This document shows, piece after piece, positions 29,201 through 40,844 of a DNA stretch of 64,000 nucleotides. The notes under the pieces are model-generated. The model made no database searches, was not told the DNA's origin, and saw only the letters and a list, made by a program, of their open reading frames with translations. Within the stretch, counting starts at the first letter, position 1, and every line of letters starts with the position of its first letter. Both the position numbers and the translations under genes were made by a program. Source of the stretch: Tubulanus polymorphus (Eukaryota; Animalia; Nemertea); assembly GCF_964204645.1 (NCBI RefSeq), contig NC_134026.1, positions 581,950 through 645,949 on the forward strand. The letters run 5' to 3'.

Positions 29201-30830
29201 GGTATTTCTAGAGGAGTAACAGTTTCGCTATGATCCTTATCGGTCATTTTCACATCGGTGTCAACATTCTCATCAATTACTAAATTGTCATAATTAAAAT
29301 GGAACAATTGTTGCTGCTGCTGCTGCTGCTGCTGCTTACATTCACTGAGATCATCACGTTTACCGATCAGATCACGCGAGATATTATTATCACCAATTTC
29401 TTGTGATTGAGCTGCATTATCTCTATTATTATCATCAGACCGAGACAGGTGGTGACCTCTATTGTTTCCTCGATCTTTCTTTCTCTTACGTTCATGGCTT
29501 CGCGAGTGTCTACGATTGTGCTTCGGACATTTCTTACACTTCGAGTTGTCATCGTCATCATCATCATCATCATCATTCTCAGTGGCTTTAACATCTTCAG
29601 TAACTGGTAAATCATTCTTCTCCTTACTTTCTTCATCTTTAATGTCGCATTCGGGTTCTTCCGCCTCGGGTTCTTCGCTAGGTTTATCCACGGATAGTCG
29701 TTGACAAACTGTACTCAGCTCTGAAGTTGCATTGTTCTCTTCTGCTGGAGAGTTTTTCTCGATATTATCTGTTAATTTTGTTGGAGATATAAGCGAGCTG
29801 CCGGTTAGAACTTTAGATACATCGTCCATATTCTTTATAACGGGCGATAAAAACTGAGCGGGCAGAGAAGGAAATCTAGTCGGGACGTGAGATGAAGGTT
29901 TTGTATTGTGTTGCCGCTGCCGATCGGGTCGGAAAAACGGTCGATCGTTAAATTCACCGCCGAACGGAGGTAAAGACGGTCCCATCGCCAATAGGGGGCG
30001 TATTCTCGAACGGGGAAAGTTCTGATCGTTGTTAGGCGTGAAAAGCGACGGGATATTGTTGCGTTGCTGTATCCCGGCGCTGTTCGTATTATCGATAAAA
30101 GATTGCGAAGGAACATCGCGGAATTTCCGTTGAAAATTGCGCCTCTGTTTACGGCTCCATCCCGGTTGAGGATAGCGCGGAATTTGATCGGCAAAGTTTT
30201 GACGGAAGTTTGGTCGGTTTGGTTGCCATCGATTTTGTGGTCGAGGCCACTCATTGTTGCACCCATAGGGATTTCTAAATCTCCATCTATTATTATCATT
30301 ATTATAATTATCATCATTACTATAATAATTGTTGTTAAACTTCATTTTTCTGCTGTTTCTACTATGTATGTCGAAAGCTAATTTCTTTTTTTTATTTTCT
30401 AATTCTCAGAGTGGAGGCACTAGCAACTCAAATCATACGTAGCCATAAAATATCAGAGTCTGGTCCCGGTTGAGTTTGTGTTGAACCGATGTTGAATTCG
30501 TTCGTTTAGAAAATTTTAGGTTCAAAGTAAGACCAAGTTTTCGGTCGGGTCTGAAATTAAGACACCAAAAAACTCTCGAATAATATCAATAATAACTCAT
30601 CACTTTTGAGACCATCTTATTATTAGTTTATGAGATTATAAGAATGATTAAAACTTACCTTTCTTGAATAACTTAGCGGCAGATTCTTCGCTGAAAAAAG
30701 GATAGTCAATAAAGTGAATTTGATTTGAACTTTAAGATCGTCATCAAAACCGATTGATAAATGACTGATTCATTAAAATATGATTAAAGGCGGCTAACCT
30801 AGATAAACAGTCGCTACTTCTTCTTTTCAT
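20283..30830 (-). CDS. SLF2: SMC5-SMC6 complex localization factor 2 (FAM178 family)
   Basis: Many phase-consistent exons. FAM178-type motifs HPGEVIF, NWLFQTVSIHED, WAPPIKHIAEIFINYG, LRDNVHMIDCTKVKDLVVRIISKW and RTLFDHF. The 5' structure is uncertain: small exons 30830-30799 and 30690-30659 and/or a large exon 30345-28128, all joining 26882 in phase 1. Confidence 0.85.
23701..24210. repeat. Local tandem duplication (~250-bp unit, 2 copies) in an SLF2 intron
   Basis: AAATATTTCACGGGTGATCTACAAAATATCAA... begins at 23701 and again at ~23954, with diverged continuations. Confidence 0.9.
24592..24682. repeat. 21-bp tandem repeat, ~4 copies
   Basis: AAACGAATATCGGCGTAGAGTG-like units immediately upstream of an SLF2 splice acceptor. 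Confidence 0.85.
28476..28790 (-). repeat. Coding tandem repeats in the 741-aa exon (11-aa DSRVDSSATHA and 8-aa DSRVESSV units)
   Basis: 33-bp and 24-bp units are visible in both the DNA and the translated ORF 28120-30345. Confidence 0.9.
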
Positions 30831-32099
30831 TCTTTAATTTCTATCACCATTTACTATAGTTCAGGCATAATAATGACAATACAAACAAGTTGACAAAAAT
30901 ACTCAACAAAAGAGTCTCTTCGTAACCGCAAATATTTCCTCGCTTGCCAGGATGTAATTTAATTCAATTTTGACTTTATTGATAACTTGCACCGGGCAAC
31001 AACTATATACTGGACTGTAGCTCTCCAGTCAATTTGACCCTCAAGGAGCCCTAGCACCGGGCAATAACCATATACCGGGCTGTAGCTCTAGACTAGGTCT
31101 ATCCTCTCTGAAAGTTTCAGAGACATTGACCGCTTTGTATTTTATTTATGAATTTATTTATTTTTTTAACAATTTTTTATTATTTTGGGGTTTTGGGGTC
31201 GATTAGACCCCCAAGGAGCCCTTGCATCGGGCGAAAATTATAAACACCGGGCTGTAGCTCTTGCATAGCTCTATCTTCGATGGAAATTTCGGGAAAATTG
31301 GCCCTATTTTAGAATGTCTCCATAGAGACCGAGAACCAGTCTACGTTGCCGCCGAGTCCGTTTCCGTACAATAACAACTACAAACGAATTAGATGAAATA
31401 TGTTGTATATTCACAATTTAATTTTAACGTAAAATATCTTTTTATTCAATAACAGTGCAAAAAATACAAATTAAAAACCACTAAAAATTTATAATAAATT
31501 TGAATCGAGTGATACCGAATCCAGTGCTCACTTCACGACGGTTAATGCGATATTTTGTTATATTCTTTTTAAAAGTGCTCCGAGGGTGCGATTTTCAGCT
31601 TTCAGTGTTAAATGCAGGTTTTTATTATTTGCGATCATGCACTAAGATAGTATAATCAATACGGTACCGGTTCATTCCCAAATATATATATATTGATAAT
31701 TTTCGAAAACACAATCAAAGAAAACGTAGCATACTATGATTTTGTGAAGCAACAAAAAATTACTGAAACTAAATACGACATCTATGCCCTTAGTCCCGTG
31801 AGATCTCCCAACGTACGAATAGCTCAGGCCACTTTGAATAAAATTTGGGAAACCTGCATTTGAATGAGAGATAAACAATTAAAGAAACAAACCAAGAAAA
31901 AATTCACTTTATTTTGAAAAATATCATCACATTTGTATTTGAGAACATAAAAGAACCATAAAAGAAGAACTTCAATTTCATTTAATAATTCATTACAAGT
32001 AGACTGCAATCTGGTAAATTTTGTGAACTACATTTTCGCCTGGACCAGTTTATATAAGTGTGATGTGTAAAGATAGATAAGTACTTTACTATACTTTAA

Positions 32100-32385
32100 G
32101 TCCACTATTGTCTCTGTTGCTCCTTAGTGTTTATTAGATGCACTAGCTGCTCTTCAAGTGTTTATAAGATGCACTAGCTGCTCCTCAAATGTTTATATGA
32201 TGCACTAGCTGCTCCCGATTCAGTGTTTATAAGATGAACTAATATCTTTGCTCCTCCGGAATCAGTGTTTGTAAGATACACTATTGTCTCTGTTGCTCCT
32301 GGATCAGAGTTTTTAAGATGCGCTATTGTCCATGCTGCTCCTCGAAGGTTTATAAGATCCGCTACTGCTGCTCCTGAAGTGTTGG
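32100..32385. repeat. Degenerate ~39-bp tandem repeat
   Basis: Recurring TTTATAAGATGCACTA..TGCTCCT units. Confidence 0.75.
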
Positions 32386-33601
32386 TAGAAATCCATCGTT
32401 GGGCGATAACTCGCTGCTGCTGGCTCCACAACTGCATCTGTGGTCGTCTAGCTACTTCTGGTTGTTGTTTACCAATCGAAGACCATTATTTCCAGGATAG
32501 AGTTTGGCTGAAATAAGAAAAAACAGATCACCCTTTGAGGCAGACCATCCTAATAAGCATTGATTATGATTCACAAATTAATTTTGATTATACGGTTGTC
32601 ATCTACCAATCATGGACCATTATTTCCAGGATAGAATTGTGCTGAAATAAGTCAAGAAGAACAACATCCTTTGAGGCAGACGATCCTTACAAGCATTGAT
32701 TATAATTTAAACGTTAATTTGAATTATACGGGCTGCCATGCTTTTTTTGTAGGGGAGAAATTCATCGGAAATTTATTGCGGCTTAAGACCACAATAATTA
32801 ATACATCACTGTTTATGACTAGTGACAATAGAATATGAGGCTGAATATAAGGTAACTGGCCTTTCTACACTTCAATACTCAGCCAAGAATATTCATATGA
32901 GACCTAACGAGTAATATTAGAGCAATGATTGTTTTAGATTTCAACTCACTAATAACCATATACCGGCCACAGAGCTTCAATCTTCAATCACTTTATAGTA
33001 AAATTGAGAACTTCACCAGCTTCTCTGTTCTCTCCAGTGCTATACGCATCCTGCCCTTGATGCTAACCCAGAAATGAAAAATCAACTTAGCTTTTTATCA
33101 AGACGGCCAGGTTCAGTTTCGAAAGGTCTCTTGGTGTTTTATTGTCGAGTTTAATTTAAGCTGGAGTCGGTGGTCGCTTCTGGTCGGTAGGATCTAGATG
33201 GCTAATGTATCTCATGCTGGGCCTTTCCAGATTCATGTTAGGCTGAAATGAGTAAATGAACGACATTTCTGTGGTCATACAATTCTTTGATCAATTGTAA
33301 TTGACATGTGTATCAACTTATCTTTCTTAAGATTGCCGAGCATCCTTTTTTCATCGTCCTATGGTGTCCACGTCATCTTCTTAATCATGGTGGGCCTGTT
33401 CAGATTAAGTTTACCTAAAATGAGTAAAAAAGGCATTTTGTAGTCAAACAATTCTTTGATTAATTTTAATTTACATGTGTATCAACTTAACTTTCTCAAG
33501 ATTGCCGAGTTCAGTATCGTCATCTTCTGTCCTCTTGGGGGCGTCGTCGTCTTCTGGGGTGTCCTGAAATGAAAAAAAGAACAGAGATAAAAACCTGGTA
33601 C

Positions 33602-34372
33602 GGAACAAAACTAATGTCCGAAAGCGTCGGATGCCCGACGCCGGTCATGTGCAGAGAATACCAGAAAAAGAATCAGCCAGGAATTCGCTGCCCTCTACAC
33701 GCCCTCACACAGAACGCGAAAACCTGAATGACAACGCCTCACGTTCACCATCTAACCACAGGGTGCACTGGGCGATGTTAGTAATTGACACACCTGTAAG
33801 ATTGTTCAAGACAAAAATAGAGCAGTACAACCAGATTGCCCGAATTGAGATTCAGGATCTCAACTAGCACTCAAAAGCGTGACAAGAGACTTCATCCACT
33901 GACCGAGGTTGTCACAAGGACACAATGAAACTAGCACTCACAAGCCGACAAGAGACTTCATCTACTGACCGGGGTTGTCACAAGGACACAATGAAAACTA
34001 GCACTCAAACTAGAAATCAAAGAGCGTGACAGTAGAATCATCCCTCAGCCAACTCAGAATACCAGAAACAAAGAGCGTGACAGTAGAATCATCCCTCATC
34101 CGGGCGGTCACAAGGACACAATGAATGCTAGTAGCGTGACAATCCAGTATAACCACTCCATTTGTATCCCGCGCAATCCCACAGATATGCCCGTCATTGA
34201 CATCACTCAGCGCACTTTGTAGATAGGTGGGGGCAGTGAGGCCTCGTCATCCTGGTTTTCGTGTTCCGTATGAGGGCATGTAGAGAGCAGCATTTCCTGA
34301 CCGACTCTTTTTCTGACATCCTCTGCACATGACCGGCGAAGGGGCCGACGCTTTCGGACATTAGTTTTGTTC
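33602..34372. repeat. ~190-bp diverged inverted repeat pair (33602-33790 / 34195-34372) enclosing short direct repeats
   Basis: GGAACAAAACTAATGTCCGAAAGCGTCGG...GCCGGTCATGTGCAGAG at 33602 is the reverse complement of 34320-34372. The spacer has GTCACAAGGACACAATGAA x3 and AAAGAGCGTGACAGTAGAATCATCCCTCA x2. Confidence 0.9.
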
Positions 34373-35390
34373 CATAGAACGTTGAAAATCGACAGAAAAA
34401 TCGGCCCTGAAAAATAGAACAAATTAAACGCTGAAAAATAGAACGGATTAATACACAGAACTGAACAGAACACAGAACAGAACAGGACAGTGCGGAGACG
34501 AACAGTAACACGTAAAACATAAAGACGTCGTTCCTCATGAAGGAACCAGCTTGTAGAGCGCAGCGTCATCGCGAGGAAGAACGCCAGGAGGAGAATCCAC
34601 GTCAGCATAGTGTCCGCACGGTGTGAAGAGCCTGAGGTGAATGACTGGCTTAGCGATTCTACTTTCTGTCGACCGGTGGCGTATTTCAATAATGACCAAT
34701 AGGCAGCCACGCTTTTGTCTTCTGATGAATGGGTTTACTGAAGTTTGTGGAACGTTCTGCGCTGATACACACGCGGGGAGATCGTGACGTCACCTCGGTA
34801 TACATCCAGTATATAGACCGGGCACTGACCATTCAAATATTGATGTATAGAAATATCTCTGAACACATTTGCATTGTCGAAGTTACCGCATGATAAAACA
34901 CTACGCGACGTCACCTTTGTACACCCGGCATATAGAATAAACTTTTTAGAAAACTAATGATTAAAGCAAAAAATTAAATACTGATCCAAATGCTTCGATG
35001 ATGCCCATGAAAATAATCTGGTCGTTTTCAGACCCTCTTGGTTGCAACGAAGTGTAGATTATCATTTACAGTTCGATGATGGACGATTGTACAACCGGTA
35101 TATGTAATAAAAAGCAAAAAATATCGACCAACTTAAGTGAACGTAAATCTTGAGTCAAATGACGGACGCAGTTGAAGGCTACTGAAGGTGGCCGGTCTAT
35201 TTTCTAAATGAATATAACGACCGCCTGAGATGGAATGTTTGACCGTCCAATACTCGGGAATTCTCATATGTCGGTGCTTTGAAATGAAACCTCAAAACAG
35301 GCGCGGTTCCAGAGGGGGTTTCAGGAGTCGTGACCCCCTGCTCAGCAACCAAAAAAGAATTTTAATCGTTTCCTTGAAAGGATGTACTAA

Positions 35391-35437
35391 TGCACCCGTC
35401 AATGAAATCCCTGTACCCCCCCTATATAGGCATTCGA
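35391..35437 (+). repeat. Left terminal inverted repeat
   Basis: TGCACCCGTCAATGAAATCCCTGTACCCCCCCTATATAGGCATTCGA, an exact reverse complement of 43063-43109. Confidence 0.97.
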
Positions 35438-35778
35438 CATAGATACGACTCATACGACTGTCATTCGACCTCGTATGCCTTACTAATAAAATTCCACTGC
35501 GATCGTTTGAAAGTCGTATGTCTCTCTTCAAAACAGCAAAGATTTTCGAATGGATATCGAGTTGCAAGCGAATGGATGTCTAATGGTGCATAGATGAAAG
35601 CGATTGGATGTCGTATGCCAGTAGAATGCATTTCATGATTTGGGATTCGAACCTTATACATTTGATTAGACTGGTTCCGTCGATTCTGTTCAGAACTGAA
35701 AGTAGAGACCGGGGACCAGTCTAACATAGATGTCGCATCTATACGGACAAGTTCAATCCAATTTACGACTCATCCAAA

Positions 35779-38700
35779 ATGGCTGAACTTGCCGAATTGC
35801 CGATGAGGTAATTTCTTTTTGCTTTTGGATGCATGTGATGGCAACTTCTTTATGAATTGTTATAGACTACTTTTAAACAAGAATAAGTAATTAATTGATA
35901 TGTGCAGCGTCAGATAAGCGGGCGTGGCCGTCACCATCCTCTACGTATCAGATTTAATGCAAGTCCCAATCTCAATATTCAATTCAATTCAATAATAAAA
36001 ACTTTAATGATTTCATTAGAAAAAGTCATGTCTAGGCCTATATTTCTTATATTTCGGTGTTGGTAACTAGACTTTGGATCAGTTTCACGATTGGTATTCT
36101 TATACAACCTAATAATAATCATGATAATAGTCCAATGGCATAAGTCTAGTATAAAAAAGGCTACCTAGTTTTTCAGCCTGGTAATGGTAGGCCTATTGGT
36201 AATCCCTGTGTGTTGGATTGGTAATCCCTGTGTGTTGTTGATTTGATTGTTGCTTACACCCCTGCCAGAACTTTGTAAAGTATGATTCAAGGGTCGGTTT
36301 TTTTTATCCTCTCCTTCACATGCAAGAATAAGATACATTTTCATGAAACTCTGGACTCTCGTCTCAGACGGTATCTCAATGTGCAGGCCTAGGCTTATTA
36401 TTGGAGATCCCGTTGTCATCTGATTAATCAGTTGCTCCCTGTGGTGGAAATTTTTAAACTATTTGAAGTTTTAAATTTTAGATTTCGTCGTATATGGAAC
36501 GCCCCTATAACATATCTGAAAACATGGTATTAACTTATAAATTTTTTTCAGGTTTTTCCGGGTACAAATTGGAGATGAAAGGAAAATAATGAAAGTAACA
36601 TGTTACGACGAAATCGTCCAAAAAGGTATCTAAATGTCACTGACATTAGTATTACATTGTACAATATCAAAATCACCATAGAATTAGGCCTATAGTTGAC
36701 ATAGCTTCATGGCTTGAATTTCATACTATTCTGAGAATATCGCTGATGATTATCCTTTGGTTTCCTGTACCTGTTACATGAGCCAGCCACCAAAATTATC
36801 TCTAATAGGCCCACTTTAAGATTTCTTCTATATAGGCTTAATATGTTCATTTTTTAGCTGCGTCTAAGCTGAATATAGAACCGCAACATGTAAGAGTATA
36901 TCTCTCAGATAGAAAAACTCAAATAGATGACGAATCATTCGATGTCATTGCCAACGACAGTGTTCTCGTTATCGATGATATAACTACATGTACAGTGAAA
37001 GAAGATTCTAGTACTACATGTGGTAGCACCATAATTCTAAGTGAAGATGAAGGTATGTGTTCAAGGCTCCATTAAAATTCAGATAGGCCTATGTAGGATA
37101 AACTGCATCCGTTTGATTTGTATATTTTGTGTCACGTTTTTGTAGAACCCTTTGAGATATTGTCATGAAACTTGGTACACATGTTCAGGGTGATCCCTGT
37201 TGTTTGCTATTTAGATTCAAGTTGATTCGATTATCGGTTGCGCCACCTTGTTGGGACTTTGTATTTTGTGATATATATGATACATTTAAATATAGGCCTA
37301 CAATGTATTTTGATAAATGTGATATATTTTCTGTATTTTTTCTCATATTGCAGGTTCTGACCCTATTCTGGAGCCGAGACCAGTCATGTTGTTGAAACAA
37401 CAAAAATTACCATACAATTTAATGTCATGGGTACAGAAATCTTCAAAGATATATCCTGAGACGGGAAAAAATGCGAATTACTATAAACAGATTAACAAAA
37501 CGTGTGAGGGATTAGCTTTAGATCAACCAGACCTATTGGATAAAAAAGGTGAATTATTAACTAAGGCAAGAAAAATTGTGAATGAGACATACAAATTTCA
37601 GAAAGGTTATACCAAATCAAAATTGGTAGAGAGACCCGAGAATCCAGGAAAACGAAAACGGTGGCTTAATAACGCTGTAAGGGCTGAGGTCAAAGCTGAA
37701 AAACTGAAAAAAGTTGAACATTTGGAAACAGACATTAAAATTTTAGAGGGCTCGTTAAAGTCAAAAATTGCCCATGAGAAATGGGAAGATGCCCAGTCTA
37801 TTCAGGATAAAATTAAGGTTTTATCAAGTGAAAAATTTGGGCTTATAAGAGAATGCAACTTAATCAACAAAGCTGAGAAAAAAGCGAAAACTGACAAAAA
37901 GTGCTTAGCTAAAAGGAAGTCCTGTACTATTACAAAGCCGAGTAACAGTACCAGTGGTTCATCTGATGATATAATTCCTCTTGACCAGCAGCTCATTCCA
38001 GAAGCAACTTCAGTGATAGAGGTTGCTACAACCGATATTCAACCGAGTACTTCTGGCCATCAGAGCGATCACAACTATGTGGACTTTTCTGTCAATGAAT
38101 ATCACAATGATTATGATACTGATGACCAGGTAAGTCAGAGTTTATATTATTCTGAACGAAGTGTTGTTCCTCTCATTAATGGTGATGTCAAGATCTCTCC
38201 ATTTAAAAAATTAACATTGGATAAATTCATATCAGTAACAAGTTCCATTTGCAAGTCAGAAAATCATGAAAACTGTTCTTGCCCAGAGAAATTAAAAGTT
38301 GCTCAATATATCTTACAAAATCAGCCTGTAACCATGGAACAGATTAGAAATGTTTGTAAAAAGAATTTATCACCCCACAATTTCGATATGTTCTTGTTAA
38401 GATTGCCTGTAGTTATTTTGACATTAGGAAGGGATAATCTCGGTGTTGTTATCAATGGTGCAACCACCAAATACGTAGTAGAAAAAGATCCAGAGATCGA
38501 TTACTCCAAGCTTTATTTAACACTAGAAAAACTAGGGCTGATACAGAGGCAGAAGCCAACATCCTCGTTTACTGGTCTTACCTTAGAAAAACTAAGAGAC
38601 TTGAAGGCACTAGCATCTTCAGAAATTGATAGACAACTGATTTCCTATGCAGCCACTGCTGGTCTAGGCACTCGTAAGTCGAGAGAGATTCTTCATGTTA

Positions 38701-40844
38701 CCACTGATAAGAGGCGCATAGATGAAGCCATATTCGAGCATAAGAAATTGGTTGGTATTTATAACAAGTTAGCCATTTGTGAAGACAAAGTATTTCTCAG
38801 TGCCAATGGTATCAGTGATGATGAAAACTTACTGTATAATATGGACTCAGACACAGAAATAGGGAGTATTGTTGATGAGGATTCAGACAAAAATGATGGC
38901 AATTTGGAGGACAACTCGTTTCCTTTGGAATTAAGTAGCTCATCATCCGAAGAAGAGACTGTCAACTGGTCAAATATGGAAGGTGTATCAGATCCTACTT
39001 TCCGTAGTATTGTTATTAATCATCGTAAGAAGATTAAAGCTAAAATGCAGCGACGCATTCAGCGCAAAAAGTCCGAAATGAGAACATGTGGGCGTAAATA
39101 CAGGAGGAAAGCTAAAACAATACTACAGCGACATCCAAACATTGGACAGTTCATAGAGGAATGCGTCAGAAAATCAGGTGTGGGAGCTGATAAGTGGAGA
39201 TCCTCCGGAAGCCTTACATGGGAAAGAAAACACGTAGGACAAAAGATGACATTCGAGAAACTACGGAAAAAAGTGTCTGAAGAAATTAATGAAAAAATCA
39301 GTCATGGGACATTAGTCCAGTTATGTTATCCAAAAAATAGAAGGAATAAATCGGCTGAAAGGTATAAAGGGGTGGCAAATATTCGAAGCAGGAGAGCCAG
39401 GAAGGGGTTTGACATCAAGCTCAATGTCGATGAAAAATGGTCAAACGCTCTTTATAAAAGTCTTGACACCCTTCAAAAAAATAACCCCAAGGAAATACTC
39501 TACATAAACCGTGACGACACAACTGGTCACCGACTGGACACCTTGACCACATCAGCAAAGCACAGATCTTTGATGGTTCAAGACAACGTAGACATGGCAA
39601 CCAGGACTGATTTTACAAATAAAGAACAGTCAGTAATACAAACTTCATCATATTATTTTGCTGGGCACAATGATTCTACTGTTGATGATCAATATGCTGG
39701 TGTGGTCAAGGCTGTCAAACTTACAGCGAAAAATGCATCTCAGCATAGTGCAGACCTCAGAATGTTGAAAGATCAACCAGAATTTAAAGGCCGTTTCGAT
39801 AAACCCATTGATTGCATACGCGTTGATGGGGGCAATGATGAAAGTCCTTCTCACCTAGAGAATCAGTTCATCTGGGCCGAATGGCACTTGGAACAAAGTA
39901 AGTTGGTAACCATGGTAACCACTCGCTGTAGTGGAAACAGTTATTTAAACGAGGTTGAGAGGCTGAATGGAGAAATCGGCAGGGCAGCAACTAATCTATT
40001 TATTCCATCCAACATTCTTGGACCAAACAAAAATCCTCAAACAGGAAAGATAGATGATGAAATGGTTGCCAGAAATCAACGTGCTGCTGCAGACTATTAT
40101 GTTGAACGTGTAAATGGTGCTTTATTTAACAACAAGCCTATACTCATGTATAATTGTGCCACAGATCAAAGGGCAGTTGATTATCAGGAACGCAGGGATT
40201 TACTCCTTAATTTTCTGAAATCTGGAACTGAAGCGAGACAGCGGTTAATTGATCAAAGCAATGGCCAAGAAAGCGATTTACTCAACCATTTTGCTGATGT
40301 ATGTAAAATTATGTCTACACACCAAGTTCAACCTTCCTCCAAGTACACCTATATTCTCATGTGCTGTTTCCAAAAGGAATGCATTCATCCAATGTGCAGC
40401 AGATATTCAGATAAGAAAATTGAGGACTTCTCTTGGTTCAAAGATGGCCCTCCTATAAACTTCATACCGTGGCCATTGAAAGATGAGCAACGCTTACCTG
40501 AAATGTGCAACAAATGTAAGCCAGTATGCACGGGACACTATCTACAATGGGACAAGTTGTATGACATATGGCGTACCAACCAGAAAATAGATCCAAATGA
40601 TACTTTACCCAGCGAAGTATTGAAAAACTATTTCAAAAATGTAACCAAAAAGATTCGAGGGCACGCACAGGTGAAACCAGTTGATTTCCAGATAAATGAC
40701 CAAAAAGCCAAGGAGCTAGCTTCACGCCTCTGTATCAGCGAAGCAATGGTCAAATATGAAATAGAACATCTCAGGCTTGTAGCTATTTCTAGGTCTCAAG
40801 GAGCTATTCAAGCTGCATTAACACGAGCAACTCGTAGGGATTAA
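35779..40844 (+). CDS. Spliced ~1262-aa DDE transposase (Zator/TP36-like core) with CIDE-N-like and NCD2-like N-terminal domains and a Cys/His-rich C-terminus
   Basis: Exons 35779-35807, 36552-36625, 36858-37052 and 37354-40844 join in frame. Putative catalytic motifs YINRDD (39513), IRVDGGNDESP (39825) and YLNEVERLNG (39957), giving D(43)E spacing. Confidence 0.85.

Noticed and set aside
28338-30381. Several overlapping ORFs in other frames or on the opposite strand of the 741-aa exon
   Set aside because: These are shadow frames of low-complexity, repetitive coding sequence.
37386-40844. Fanzor/TnpB or other RNA-guided nuclease interpretation of the long ORF
   Set aside because: I see no RuvC I-III pattern. 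The motifs fit an RNase H-like DD(43)E transposase, and the TIRs and TSD explain the element.
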